Shown piece by piece: positions 25,501 to 35,120 of a stretch of DNA of 64,000 nucleotides. How positions within the stretch are numbered: position 1 is the first letter of the stretch; each line of letters starts with the position of its first letter. Under the pieces are notes generated by a model. The model had not been told where the DNA came from, did no database searches, and worked only from the letters and a program-made list of their open reading frames with translations. The stretch covers positions 1,120,001-1,184,000 of the forward strand of contig CBDAON010000004.1 in the NCBI GenBank assembly GCA_965198065.1, read 5' to 3'. This DNA comes from Longimicrobiales bacterium (GTDB lineage: Bacteria; Gemmatimonadota; Gemmatimonadetes; Longimicrobiales; Gaopeijiaceae). The translations under genes were made by a program, and so were the position numbers.

Positions 25501-28395
25501 GTCCGCTTCGGTGAAGTCCCCCGCCGACGCGATCGTGTGGGGCCCGCGGAGCGGGATGCGGTACAGGCGGAACCCGGTCCCGGTCGCGGGCCGGTCCCGG
25601 GCCAGGAAGGGCGAGCTTCCATCGAGCCGCACCACGTAGCGCGCGTAGCGCTCCGTCGTGTCCAGAACCCCGCTCCGGTTCAGGTCCTCCGTGTCGAGGC
25701 GACCATTCGCCGCCGTGCAATTCGCGACCGGCAAGCCGGGGGGATGCACCCGACCCGGTATGGCCCTGCAGGTCTCGGCCCAGACCCCCGTCTCGTCGGC
25801 GGTCGGCCCCCAGATCTCGCCCGCCAGGGGGTCGGCCTCCTGGTCCAGAACCCCAATGCCCCAGGGTCGCCCGGTGTCGAGATGGACGCCGCCCGCCTGC
25901 CCGTCGGAGTCCAAAAAGAGGGCGTCCTCGCTCGCGAGGCCCAGGTCCACCACGAGGACGAGCGAATCGCCCCCCGACACGTAGAAGTCCAGGAACTCTG
26001 TGTAGGTGAGGTCCGCCCCCGAGGGCGAGAGGAGCGTCGTGATCGAGCGCGCGAGCGGCGTAAGATAGGGGCCCGGACCGGGGCCACCGAACGTCACCCG
26101 GAGCCCGGCCTCCCGGGTCTGGGTCCCGGTCACGCGGATCTGCCGGTCGATCTCCCCCGGGAAGTAGCCCTCGAAGACGCCGATCGAGTCTCCCGCGGGG
26201 CCCCGCTCCACCCATGTGTGCTGCCAGACGAGAGGCGCGGCGTACGCCTCGTCCAGGGCGGGCGGAAAGATGGTCTCCGCACCCGTCCTGAAGGCCGGAC
26301 TACTCCCCAGGTTCCACGCATTCGTGAGGACGGACACCACGCGCTCGTCCCCCGTGTCGAAGTCGTCCAGGTAAGCGTCGCCGGATCGGTTTGGATCCGG
26401 AACCGAGACCGCGATCTCTCCCTCGACCCGTAGCTCCGCCTCGGTACCGAGCGCGTCGCCCGTGAGCCCTTCCAGCGCCCGCGTCAGCGCCGGGAGCGGG
26501 ACGGCAAGCCTGGAGGTCGCGCCGAAGAGGCCGAGGGTCCCCGGCTCAACGCCGAACCGGGGGCGGTTCACGAGCTCCCGCTCGACCTGGTAGAGCCCGA
26601 TCAGGTCCAGCTCGCCCCACGTCGTCATGGGAACCCGGGCGCTCATCCCCACAACGGACGTAGGCGCAATCTGGAACACCGCCGGCTCCTCCCAGCTCAC
26701 GCGGAGCACGTCGGACGTGCTCCTCGCAAGGAGCGCCCCGGGCTGGAGGAGCGTCACGACGCCCGCCTGGTAGTCGATCACGTAGTCGGTGAGGGGCCGG
26801 AGGACCCGGTCCCCCAGATAGATGCGCTCGCTCCCCGGCCGGAGCCCGAAAGCGCCCAGCGAGAACACGGACGTGACCCCCGAACTCCGGATCTCCGCGG
26901 AGAGGTTCACGCGGTAGAGCCCGCCCGCCTCGCGCTCGAAGGGATCGTCCGCCTCGTAGATCCTGGGGTTCCGGTCCGGTCCCAAGATCACGGCCACCTC
27001 GGCGGCCGAGAGGCCCTCCGAAGGAATCGGGGGCGGATCCAGGAACGGTCGGAGCGTCGGGAACACCACGAACGTTCCCTGGAGGCCGCCACCCCCCACG
27101 AGCTCCTCCGCCGGCTGGAAGACGGCGGCCGGATCGACCGCCTCGAGCGGGGCCTGTTCGTCCACTCCGAAGAGCCGGAGGAAGGGCACGGTCCGCCCGT
27201 CCGGGAGGATCCGGAACGTCCGGCCCCAGCTCTCCTCGCCGAGCGAGATCGAGACCTGGAGCGAGCGCCGATCCACGTCATCCGACCCCGACACACGGTA
27301 GACCTGTTTGATCTCGAGGTCCCACGTTGGGCGGCCGGGCTGATGCTGGGGCCGGGTGGCCCGGACGAGCCTCAGGGTCGGGATCCTCCCGGCGTTGTGG
27401 ATGGCCTCGGGGTTGTAATGCCCGATCACGTCTCCGTTCTGGGCCACATAGGTGACGGCGAGCGCCTCGTCGGGGGCGAGCGGAGCCCGGAGCGCCACCC
27501 AGAGCCCCGACGGGTGCAGGTAGTAGTCCTCCCCCGGACGCAAGTAGCGGAACCACCCGGATTCCCGGACCACACCGGCGCCCGAGGGGAGCGTCGCGTC
27601 CGCCTGGATGTACCCCTCCACCTGCTGGCGGAGGACCGGGTTCCGCTCCATGCGATAGAGCTGGATGGGAGGGGCTCCCGGGGCGAGCCCGGGCGGCGCA
27701 TCTCCCGGTCGGAGCGAGAGGATGTCCAAGTGCGGGGCTTCTGCGATCTGGGCAGGGTCCACGAGGAAGAAGAACTGGCCCTTCACGTAATCGGCGTCGT
27801 CCAGCTCGAGGGTGTCCCGGTAGATGACGCCCGCTTCTGCGCCGAGACCCTCCAGGCGGAACTCCCGCGTGCGGCGGGCGCCGCGCTGTTGGGCGAACAC
27901 GGTCTGGAGCTCGACCCCGCTCACGTTCCCTCGCGCGAGCATCCCGAAGTTCCCCACCGGGATCCCCCGGGTGAGGAAGCGCGTCTCGGGCAAGGCGAAG
28001 CTCACGTCCCCGATCTCGAGGCGCTGGAGCGGCTCCCCGGCCTGACCTTGGTAGTAGACCTGAAAGCGGTTCGACCCGGAGAACTCGCGGGTCTGGTCGT
28101 AGTCCACGTCCATGAAGAGCCGGTCGGAGACCGACCCCAGGGCGAGGAGCCCGAACTGGAGCTCGGGCTGGAGCTCTGGCACAAGCCCGGGTCGGCAGGT
28201 GAGCTGGAAGGACGCGTCGCAGGGGCGGAACACCGTCCAGTCCCCGTCGAAATCTCCCCGGACCCCGAAGCGGACCGCCAGGTCCGACAGGGGAGAGGGT
28301 GCCTGGGCTACCTCGACCGTGTCCGGCGCGGCCCCCGGCGCGCCGACCTGGAGCGCCGTGACGGCCAATCCAAGGAGGACCGGGACCGGGGTCAC
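22546..28395 (-). CDS. sprA: SprA/Sov-like very large outer-membrane protein (~1,949 aa)
   Basis: GTG start with signal peptide. SprA-like segments VDYDQTREF, YVIDYQAGVVT, YLDDFD, LDTEDLNRSGVLD, FRLYRIPL, NEKSL, GEVWVNDLRL, and a beta-strand-rich C-terminus. Recognised from motif memory, not by search. Confidence 0.7.
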   Translation of the reverse strand: MTPVPVLLGLAVTALQVGAPGAAPDTVEVAQAPSPLSDLAVRFGVRGDFDGDWTVFRPCDASFQLTCRPGLVPELQPELQFGLLALGSVSDRLFMDVDYDQTREFSGSNRFQVYYQGQAGEPLQRLEIGDVSFALPETRFLTRGIPVGNFGMLARGNVSGVELQTVFAQQRGARRTREFRLEGLGAEAGVIYRDTLELDDADYVKGQFFFLVDPAQIAEAPHLDILSLRPGDAPPGLAPGAPPIQLYRMERNPVLRQQVEGYIQADATLPSGAGVVRESGWFRYLRPGEDYYLHPSGLWVALRAPLAPDEALAVTYVAQNGDVIGHYNPEAIHNAGRIPTLRLVRATRPQHQPGRPTWDLEIKQVYRVSGSDDVDRRSLQVSISLGEESWGRTFRILPDGRTVPFLRLFGVDEQAPLEAVDPAAVFQPAEELVGGGGLQGTFVVFPTLRPFLDPPPIPSEGLSAAEVAVILGPDRNPRIYEADDPFEREAGGLYRVNLSAEIRSSGVTSVFSLGAFGLRPGSERIYLGDRVLRPLTDYVIDYQAGVVTLLQPGALLARSTSDVLRVSWEEPAVFQIAPTSVVGMSARVPMTTWGELDLIGLYQVERELVNRPRFGVEPGTLGLFGATSRLAVPLPALTRALEGLTGDALGTEAELRVEGEIAVSVPDPNRSGDAYLDDFDTGDERVVSVLTNAWNLGSSPAFRTGAETIFPPALDEAYAAPLVWQHTWVERGPAGDSIGVFEGYFPGEIDRQIRVTGTQTREAGLRVTFGGPGPGPYLTPLARSITTLLSPSGADLTYTEFLDFYVSGGDSLVLVVDLGLASEDALFLDSDGQAGGVHLDTGRPWGIGVLDQEADPLAGEIWGPTADETGVWAETCRAIPGRVHPPGLPVANCTAANGRLDTEDLNRSGVLDTTERYARYVVRLDGSSPFLARDRPATGTGFRLYRIPLRGPHTIASAGDFTEADWRSIQVMRVTVVGRRASTLTLARMRLVGSRWVKRSVGGVLRGIGGDTLALGGRLEVTPVSVVSEAAYQAPPGVLELLDDPTAVVSGRGVEFNEKSLALRYEDVAPGDRAEVYFRFLQRPQNFLAYGELRLWAVARAGTWGESVPSDFFVKVGTDAENFYLYRSRMVPAASAVAVVPEDWLPERVLHFHEWTSLRRRAEQRLLDDPPGPGDPPVIEWSADSTYAVVLKDRARAPNLAAVREISIGVWNRSILPVSGEVWVNDLRLGRGIRTTGTARYLTMELDGGELLQARFGYTGTGPFFRQLEENPTYQSESAVSLSGTLQLGALVPAEWGWDLPFSVAHLKSAGDPLFLSQTDLRADELPGLRTPGVTETRVSLAFRSEGATGRTWVDRALGGLDLGLTVTGLSGTTPTGETRSSQVDGGAGYTWRPESRTIPLVPDLLEPVVRILVPGFLLDRFLEADLRWMPEEIGVRSGLYRRSLTLDRFEEIVVDAEGPAARSTSAPEARLETSARLAFRPFVGMGLSVDLITARDLLDPVDGVRDPRVRPAVEAERRRLLGADVGWETRREVVGRLTFQPDLPPWLRADLGIQTRYLGEQDPGFVRFETLPDSIPRLLRNARGERELRATLTVDPDGFLVELLGPAPAGSGGGGPDGGVAAPGGVAGTPGPEESTLAGIVRIVAGAVSPLTVSWQDGITSRFHREGVDPGAAFQLGWGSTGSFEALDQVTATTLAARRGLSAGSGLQLPGSFFVNVNYQTTRTESLDRRSDREGRGRIWPDLRVGVGDLPFPAAWEGMLAGASASVGFQRTRDESSYVGGLLQRRMRVDRRVPVEVALEWVGGVVTRYRSQLVWGQVRDPTGTTDRAQVEHRFSVESRLPQAARLLAQAATAPRISLSVDYSEVLECRVAVAGAGCVGFIDQVNRGVQLALETVLQGVEVGGQVSLVDRRSFVGLRTGFTQLHMGLWGRLVIEAGPVGQLQGTPDPF

Positions 28396-28509
28396 GAGCT
28401 GCGCCGACCCCGGGCGGGGACCGCACGCGGCGCGAGCGGGTAGGAGACCCGACCGTTCGAGCGGGGCCTCCCCGCCTTGGCGCACCGTTTCCGCCAGCCC
28501 ATTCGGCGC

Positions 28510-29946
28510 ATGACGATCCTCACGCGTTACGTGATCCGGGCCCACATCGGCCCGTTTCTCTTCGCGTTCACGGCGGTGACGGGGCTCCTGTTCCTGAACG
28601 CCGTGGCGCAGCGCGTCGAGGACCTCGCGGGCCGTGGGCTCGAGCTCGCCGTGATCGGCGAGTTCATGCTCCTCTCGCTCCCCCACATCGTGGCCCTCAC
28701 CCTCCCGATGTCGCTGCTCGTGGCCGCTCTCTACGCGTTCTCCGAGCTCACGGTGCACAACGAACTCGCCGCCATGGCGGCCGGCGGCATCCATCCGGCT
28801 CGCTTCATGGCTCCGGTCGCGGTCGTGGGCCTCCTCTTCTCGGGCGTCATGTTCGTGTTCAACGACCGGATCCTGCCCGAGGCGAACCACCGCCTAAGTT
28901 CCCTGCTGGCCGACGTGGGAAGCAAGAGTCCCACGCTCCAGCTGCGCGAGGACATCATCAACACGGTCCACACCGGGGACGATTCGCGTTACTTCCTGAG
29001 GGCGCGCTCGATCAATACTCAGGAGAACGTCCTGGAGGAAGTCACGATCTACGACCTGACGGACGTGATGGGGAGACGCACGATCGTCGCGGACCGCGGG
29101 CAGATGAGCTTCACGCCCGATGGACGCGACCTCTATCTCACGCTCTACGACGGGATGGTCTTCGAGGTCACGGACGAGCGTCCCGGAGCCTTCCAGCGGG
29201 TCGCCTACGATACGCAGATCCTCCCCTTCCGGGGCGTCGGAGACGAGCTGGAACGGCAAGGGGCGGGCGCGCCGAGCGACCGCGAGATGGACATTGCGGC
29301 GCTCAAGGACCGGGTGGCGATCAACCTCGCCGACATGGAGCGGATGGAATCTGAGGGCGAGCGACGGTCCCTCGAAGCTCTCGACGTGGCGCTGGGCTCC
29401 GTGCTTCCCCCCGGAGGTCCCGGGCCCGAGCGCAATCCGTCCATCTCGGAGGCGGATCGGCGGGCCTCGTTCACCGACGACGACATGACCGCCGGCGTAG
29501 CGAACGCATACCGCGCCAACGTGACCCGGTGGGAGGTCCGACTCGAGCAGAACTTCCGGTACATGGTCGAGATCCACAAGAAGTACGCGATCGCGTTCGC
29601 GTGCCTCATCTTCGTCCTCCTCGGCCCCCCGCTCGCCATCCGCTTCCCCCAGGGAGGCGCCGGCATGGCGATCGCCGCCTCCGTCACGATCTTCTTCTTC
29701 TACTGGATGGGGCTCATCGGGGGTGAGCGGTTCGCCGACCGGGGGCAGATCGACCCCTTCGTCGCCATGTGGGCGCCGAACGTGATCCTCCTCGTTCCGG
29801 CGCTCTACCTCCTCTTCAAGATGCCCCGGCAGATCTCTACGAACCGGGGAAGCACGTGGGAAGACCTCCGGCTTCGCGTCGGGTGGCTGGCAGGCGGGGT
29901 CGCCGAACGGATCCGCGGACGCCGCGGGGAGGCCCACGGGACATGA
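28510..29946 (+). CDS. lptF: LPS export permease LptF
   Basis: MTILTRYVIR, LTLPMSLLVA, NELAAMAAGG, EIHKKYAI, AMWAPN. Confidence 0.88.
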   Translation: MTILTRYVIRAHIGPFLFAFTAVTGLLFLNAVAQRVEDLAGRGLELAVIGEFMLLSLPHIVALTLPMSLLVAALYAFSELTVHNELAAMAAGGIHPARFMAPVAVVGLLFSGVMFVFNDRILPEANHRLSSLLADVGSKSPTLQLREDIINTVHTGDDSRYFLRARSINTQENVLEEVTIYDLTDVMGRRTIVADRGQMSFTPDGRDLYLTLYDGMVFEVTDERPGAFQRVAYDTQILPFRGVGDELERQGAGAPSDREMDIAALKDRVAINLADMERMESEGERRSLEALDVALGSVLPPGGPGPERNPSISEADRRASFTDDDMTAGVANAYRANVTRWEVRLEQNFRYMVEIHKKYAIAFACLIFVLLGPPLAIRFPQGGAGMAIAASVTIFFFYWMGLIGGERFADRGQIDPFVAMWAPNVILLVPALYLLFKMPRQISTNRGSTWEDLRLRVGWLAGGVAERIRGRRGEAHGT

Positions 29947-31019
29947 GACTCGGGACGCTGGACCGGTCCGTGCTCTCGAGCTTCCTCCGCCTGTTTGCAA
30001 TCTTTGTGCTCGGGGCGCCCCTCCTCTTCGTCCTGGGCGACGTAACCGAGAACCTCGACCGCTACCTCGAGCAGGGAGTCCCCTTCGAGAGCGTGGCGCT
30101 CTCGTACGTGTTCACGTACCCGCAGTTCATCTTCTGGTGCTTCCCCATCGCGGGGCTGCTCGCGACGATCTTCACGATCCACCCGATGACGATCCACAGC
30201 GAGATCATGGCCGCGAAGGCAGGAGGGATCTCGTTCCGCCGGCTCGTCATGCCCCTTCTTGTGGCGGGCGCGATCCTCTCGGGGGTGGGCATCGTGCTGG
30301 CGGACATTGCCCCGAGATCGATGGAGATCGCCTCGGAGCTCCGCGGGGAGAGGGAGCGGCGGCAGGCGTGGCGGAACAACTTCGTGTACGTGACGGACGC
30401 CGGCGAATCCCTCACCGCTCGCCGACTCACCGTGAACGACGGCGTGATCCTGGGAGCGGCTCTCCAACGCTTCCCACAGGAGCCAGACGAGCCCGTGCGT
30501 TACATCTTGGCGGACGAAGTCCGCTGGGTGGAAGGGACTGGGTGGTTCTTCGAGGACGGATACCGGCGGGAGCTCCACCCGGATGGGCGAGAGGTGACGG
30601 TCCGGTTCGAGAGCTCGCTCGTGCGGAACCTGGAGGAGAGTCCTGAGGAGCTCCTCGCGACGTTTCGGGAACCGGACGAGATGACCTACGCCGAGCTGTC
30701 GCGGTTCGCGGATCGGCTGCTGCGCTCTGGAAGCGAGGTCGGGGAGATCCTTACCAAGCGTGGGCAGCGCATCGCGATCCCGGCGGCCACGCTCGTGATC
30801 GTGCTCTTCGGCGCGCCTCTAGCCACATCCTCCAAGCGCGGCGGCGCGGCCTACGGGATCGGGATCTCGCTCGCCACTACGATCCTCTACCTTCTGCTCT
30901 TCCGGGTTTCCGGCGCGTTCGGGTACGCGGGGACCCTCGATCCCACCGCGGCGGCGTGGATTCCGAACGTCGTCTTCCTGGGCGCCGGCCTCGTCCTTTT
31001 GGGCAGGGTACGCACGTAG
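29943..31019 (+). CDS. lptG: LPS export permease LptG
   Basis: LDRSVL, SEIMAAKAGGIS, PDEMTYAEL, AAWIPN. ATGA overlap with lptF. Confidence 0.88.
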   Translation: MRLGTLDRSVLSSFLRLFAIFVLGAPLLFVLGDVTENLDRYLEQGVPFESVALSYVFTYPQFIFWCFPIAGLLATIFTIHPMTIHSEIMAAKAGGISFRRLVMPLLVAGAILSGVGIVLADIAPRSMEIASELRGERERRQAWRNNFVYVTDAGESLTARRLTVNDGVILGAALQRFPQEPDEPVRYILADEVRWVEGTGWFFEDGYRRELHPDGREVTVRFESSLVRNLEESPEELLATFREPDEMTYAELSRFADRLLRSGSEVGEILTKRGQRIAIPAATLVIVLFGAPLATSSKRGGAAYGIGISLATTILYLLLFRVSGAFGYAGTLDPTAAAWIPNVVFLGAGLVLLGRVRT

Positions 31020-31141
31020 GGGGCGGGCTGCCCGGGCGCGACGGGTACGCACGGTCGGCCCCGGCCGCGCTCCGTCAGCTCAGCTGTGCGGCCGGTTCGG
31101 CCCTCGGCCGACAGTACGCCGGGCCGCCGAGGCGACCTCCT

Positions 31142-32044
31142 TCAGGTAATCGATTCCAGGAACCCCGGGGCGAGCCGACCGCGGGCCACCTCCTCGACCG
31201 GCCCCCGGAGCGTGATCTCCAGCCCGTCCGAAACCGACACCTCTAGGGTGCCTCCCTCCATCTCGACCGCGATAGACCCCTGGGAGAGCCGGCCCGTAGC
31301 CACTGCGGCGGCGGCGGCCGCGCAGGAGCTCGTCCCCGAGGCGCTCGTGCGCCCGACCCCGCGTTCCCAGATCCGGATCCGGAGGCGCCCCGGGGAGAGC
31401 TCGTCTACCAGCTGGACGTTGGTCCCGTCCGGAAACGCGGGGTGCGTGGCCAGGAACGGACCGAGCTCCTCCAGCGCGCGGGAGCGGTCCCCGTCGAGCA
31501 CGACTGCGTGCGGGTTTCCAACCGAGACGGGAACGAACTCCACCGGGCCGAGCGCTGGGTGGAGGGCCCGCCCCTCCGGATCGAGCTCGGAGGCGACGAG
31601 GCGGACGGCGCCCCTCCCCACGACGGCCTTCCCCATTTCCACGGACACATCGAAGCAGCCGTGGCGCGGACCTCCGTGCACGGTCATCGGAATCACGCTC
31701 CCGCTGCTCGTCACCTCGAAGCTCTCCCCCGTGTCGACCAGCCCCTCGCCGTGGAGGTACGACGCCAGGACGCGGAGCCCGTTTCCGCTCCGCTCGAACT
31801 CAGATCCGTCGGGGTTGAACATCCGGAGTGGAAAGACCCGGTCTGCGGGGGTCCGGTCGAGGAGGACGACGACTCCGTCCGAGCCTACGCCTCGCCAGCG
31901 GTCGCAGACCCTCCGGATGGCCGCCGGCCCGACCGACCACCCCGGCACCATGGGAGGAACAGCCTCGAACACCAGGTAGTCGTTTCCGAGGCCGTGCGCG
32001 CGGTAGAACTCGGCGCCGGCCCGGAGCGCCGCCGGCCCGCTCAC
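31142..32044 (-). CDS. dapF: Diaminopimelate epimerase-like protein with Ser in place of both catalytic Cys
   Basis: HGLGNDY, GVGSDG, FNPDGSEFERSGNG, SVGNPH, FPDGTNV, WERGVGRTSASGT. GTGA overlap with pepP. Confidence 0.85.
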   Translation of the reverse strand: MSGPAALRAGAEFYRAHGLGNDYLVFEAVPPMVPGWSVGPAAIRRVCDRWRGVGSDGVVVLLDRTPADRVFPLRMFNPDGSEFERSGNGLRVLASYLHGEGLVDTGESFEVTSSGSVIPMTVHGGPRHGCFDVSVEMGKAVVGRGAVRLVASELDPEGRALHPALGPVEFVPVSVGNPHAVVLDGDRSRALEELGPFLATHPAFPDGTNVQLVDELSPGRLRIRIWERGVGRTSASGTSSCAAAAAAVATGRLSQGSIAVEMEGGTLEVSVSDGLEITLRGPVEEVARGRLAPGFLESIT

Positions 32045-33393
32045 CGCGGGCGCCTCTCTTCGGCCCGCTCGCCGCCAACCAGGGCCTGGACCTCCTCGGG
32101 GCCCGTCGGGAGGCCGGCCGTGAGAACCTCCCGGCCCTCCTCGGTGACGAGCACATCGTCCTCCACCCGGATCCCGATTCCCCGAAACGCGCTCCCGTTG
32201 TCCGACGACGCGAAGTAGAGCCCCGGCTCCACCGTGAGGACCATGCCCGGCTCCAGCTCGCGGGAGACTCCGTTCCTCGCGTAATCGCCCACGTCGTGCG
32301 TGTCGAGGCCCAGCCAGTGGGAGGTCCGATGGGGAAAGTAGGGCTCCTGGGCCTTCTCCTCGATCAGCGCCTCCGCGTCGCCGTCCAGTACGCCCAGATC
32401 CACGAGCCCCTCCACCAGAGCGACGAGCGACGCGCGGTGGACGTCCTCGATTGCCGCGCCAGGACGGGTCGCCTCGACCGCCCGGACCCGGGCCCGCTCG
32501 ACCACCGCGTAGACGTCCGCCTGCTCGGCCGAGAAGTGCCCTGAGACCGGAACGGTCCGCGTGAGGTCGGCGGGGTACATCCGCCGCTCCGCTCCGGCGT
32601 CGATCAGGAGGAGATCGCCCTCCTCCATCCGGCGGCCGTTCTCCACGTAATGGAGGGTACAGGCGTTCGGGCCGGAGGCCACGATCGTGGGAAAGGCCGG
32701 GCCGGAGGCACCCCGGCGGCGGAAGCCCGCCTCGACCTCGGCTTCGATCTCCCACTCGCCCACGCCGGGGGCCACCCCGTCGATCGCCTCCCGGACGGCT
32801 CCCACGGTCAGGGTGGCCGACTCTCGTATGGCCTGGACCTCGAGTGGGTCCTTTCTGAGCCGGAGCTCGTCCAGGATCTCGCCCGGATCCACCACCCCCC
32901 GCGGTCCCTTCCCCTCACGCTGCCCCTTCGTGCGTGACCTGGCGAGCGCCTCGACGACGCCGCGCTCGATGGCGGCGGCGCACCCCAGCCGCGAGAAGAC
33001 GCGATCCGCGCCCTGGAGGAGCTGGGGGAGAGCCTCGCCCAAGGCCGCGAGCGGCCGCGCGTTGTCCACCTCCACGAGCGAGCGCGCTCGAGCCGGCCCG
33101 ACCCTGGGACCCGTCCAGCGCTCCGCCGCCTCGTCCCTGGAGCGGACGAAGAGGATGGTCCGCTCCTCGTCGACGAAGCCCCGGAGCACGAGGACCGCCT
33201 CGGGCTCGGTGAAGCCCGTCAGGTAGAAGAGCTCGGAGTCGGGGCGGTACCGGAGCTCGGAGTCGCCGGTCCGGTAGAGGATCGGGGCCGCGGGCAGCAC
33301 CATGGCACCCCGACCCAGCTCGGCCAGCACGCGCCGGCGCCGATCGGCGAAGAGCTCTCCCGGAAACCCCTCGAACGCCCCGCTTCTTTCCAT
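32041..33393 (-). CDS. pepP: Xaa-Pro aminopeptidase (aminopeptidase P)
   Basis: YLTGFTEP, NACTLHY, IDAGAE, ADLTRT, HWLGLDTHD, TVEPGLY, GIRVEDD. GGAGG RBS before ATG 33393. Confidence 0.9.
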   Translation of the reverse strand: MERSGAFEGFPGELFADRRRRVLAELGRGAMVLPAAPILYRTGDSELRYRPDSELFYLTGFTEPEAVLVLRGFVDEERTILFVRSRDEAAERWTGPRVGPARARSLVEVDNARPLAALGEALPQLLQGADRVFSRLGCAAAIERGVVEALARSRTKGQREGKGPRGVVDPGEILDELRLRKDPLEVQAIRESATLTVGAVREAIDGVAPGVGEWEIEAEVEAGFRRRGASGPAFPTIVASGPNACTLHYVENGRRMEEGDLLLIDAGAERRMYPADLTRTVPVSGHFSAEQADVYAVVERARVRAVEATRPGAAIEDVHRASLVALVEGLVDLGVLDGDAEALIEEKAQEPYFPHRTSHWLGLDTHDVGDYARNGVSRELEPGMVLTVEPGLYFASSDNGSAFRGIGIRVEDDVLVTEEGREVLTAGLPTGPEEVQALVGGERAEERRPR

Positions 33394-33504
33394 GTCCTCC
33401 CTTCCTTCCACGTCCTCCCTCCGCGTCAGTGGAGCGAGCCTCCGAGGCGCCGGCCTTCCGGCGTGAGCCGACCGGGGGAGCGAGCCCGCCGCGGGGCCGC
33501 CTAA

Positions 33505-34425
33505 TCACGAACAGTAGAGGGAGTCCTCCCTGAGAACGAGCGCGTTCACGACCGCGCGCTCTCCGGTCGGGTCGGACGCGCGGCTCACCGGCTCCCGCCG
33601 GATCACCATGACGGACGAGCCCCCGCCGTCGAGGTTGATCGCTTCCGAGACGCCGAGCGCCTGGAAGAGGCCGGCGAGCTCGGGCAAGGTCATACCTTCG
33701 GCGCCCTCGCGCCGACCCTCTGCGACCACGAGCCAGACCCGCCCGCGGCGGCGGTCCATGCCCACCGCGGTGCGGGGGTCCCGCACGGCCGCGAAGCCGG
33801 GACGCTCCCGCTGCTCGAGGTCGCCCACAACGCGCCCGCCTTCGAGGAGAGGGGGGAACCCGGCCACGACCTCGAGCTCCCGGTCGGGCGCCGTCGCCGA
33901 CACGCTCCAGAGCCCGATAGTCACGGCATCGTCCCGCCACTCGACGGGACCCACCCAGGGAGGCTCTCCGGGGCGCCACGCGAACACGGAACGGGAGGTC
34001 CGACTGCGGAGCTGACCCTCGGAGATCTCAAGGCCGGCGGGAAGGTTCTCGGGCGTGAAGAAGCCGCCGTTCACGGCCGCCACGACCCCGGGCTCGCTCC
34101 GCTGTGCCAGCTGGGAGACCGGCGCGAGCCCCTCGTCCTCCCCGGCCCTCACGACCCGGAAGCCGAGCTGGCATCGGGTCGCGTCCACCTCGACCAGGTG
34201 GATGGTCCAGGGGCGAGCGCCGCTCCTCACGGCGTAGTAGGTCACCCCTTCCGCCAGCGGGAAAGTCGAGACCCGGTCGGGCTGCACGTACTGGACTGCC
34301 GTCGCCGGCAGGCCCGCCGTGAGCACGGGGGGCCGGTCCGGGGGCTCGCACGCAACCGCCGCGACGAGCGGAACGAGGGCTCCGAGCGCGCGCTCGAGCC
34401 TCCGCTTCACCCTCTCTCTCTTCAT
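33505..34425 (-). CDS. Phosphodiester glycosidase (NAGPA/DUF2233) family lipoprotein
   Basis: Lipobox VAC, AVNGGFF, PRTAVG, AINLDGGGSS. Confidence 0.85.
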   Translation of the reverse strand: MKRERVKRRLERALGALVPLVAAVACEPPDRPPVLTAGLPATAVQYVQPDRVSTFPLAEGVTYYAVRSGARPWTIHLVEVDATRCQLGFRVVRAGEDEGLAPVSQLAQRSEPGVVAAVNGGFFTPENLPAGLEISEGQLRSRTSRSVFAWRPGEPPWVGPVEWRDDAVTIGLWSVSATAPDRELEVVAGFPPLLEGGRVVGDLEQRERPGFAAVRDPRTAVGMDRRRGRVWLVVAEGRREGAEGMTLPELAGLFQALGVSEAINLDGGGSSVMVIRREPVSRASDPTGERAVVNALVLREDSLYCS

Positions 34426-34553
34426 CGTCCTCCCCGTGGCGCGTGGAGACACCGGGAGGTCGCCCCCGCGGCCGGGACGGCTCGTCGCCCCCAGCCGACA
34501 GGCTGCCGGCATACCCCGATGTACCGCCTGGATCCCCGTGTTACCTTCCCGAA

Positions 34554-35120
34554 ATGCCGTCCCACCGTCCCCCCCGCAAGCCCCTACTCCTCCGGCCGAA
34601 CCTCTTGCCCACCCTGCTCGTCGTACTCGCGGCAGGGGCCGGGCCATTCGCCGGCCCCCTCCGAGCACAGGACGAGGATCCGGGCGCTGTGGGCACGCTG
34701 TCGAACGATCGGATCCGCGTCGGAGTGAGCTTCGGAGGCACCGGCTTTCTCGGGCTCATCACCGAGTATCAGCGCGGGGACTGGTCCGGAGAGCTCGTGC
34801 TCGGAACCGTGACCTTCCGGGAAGTCTCGGTCGTCCTGTCCGGGAAACGCTACTTCTCGACGGGGCGCCTCCGGCCCGCCGTCGGCGCGGGACTCTGGAG
34901 CCTCTCCGCCTGGACCGAGGACGGCAGCGGATCCGTCCTCATCCTGCGAGTGCCGGTCGCCGTGGACTGGTCGATCTCGGGTCCACACGCCATGGGTGTG
35001 GAGGTCGGGCTCAACCGGGCTCTCGCGGTGAACCGGCTGGACCCGGAGGACGACACGCCGCCCAGCTCGGCCATCGTCCCCTTCCCCGGACTCTATTACC
35101 GCCACGGCTGGAATCCGTAG
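34554..35120 (+). CDS. Hypothetical exported protein, probable small outer-membrane beta-barrel
   Basis: Signal peptide (PLRA-Q), alternating aromatic/Gly strands, C-terminal LYYRHGW. Confidence 0.6.
   Translation: MPSHRPPRKPLLLRPNLLPTLLVVLAAGAGPFAGPLRAQDEDPGAVGTLSNDRIRVGVSFGGTGFLGLITEYQRGDWSGELVLGTVTFREVSVVLSGKRYFSTGRLRPAVGAGLWSLSAWTEDGSGSVLILRVPVAVDWSISGPHAMGVEVGLNRALAVNRLDPEDDTPPSSAIVPFPGLYYRHGWNP

Noticed and set aside
28396..28890. N-terminal 165 aa of the 2114-aa ORF
   Set aside because: Antisense to lptF. The signal peptide begins at GTG 28395.
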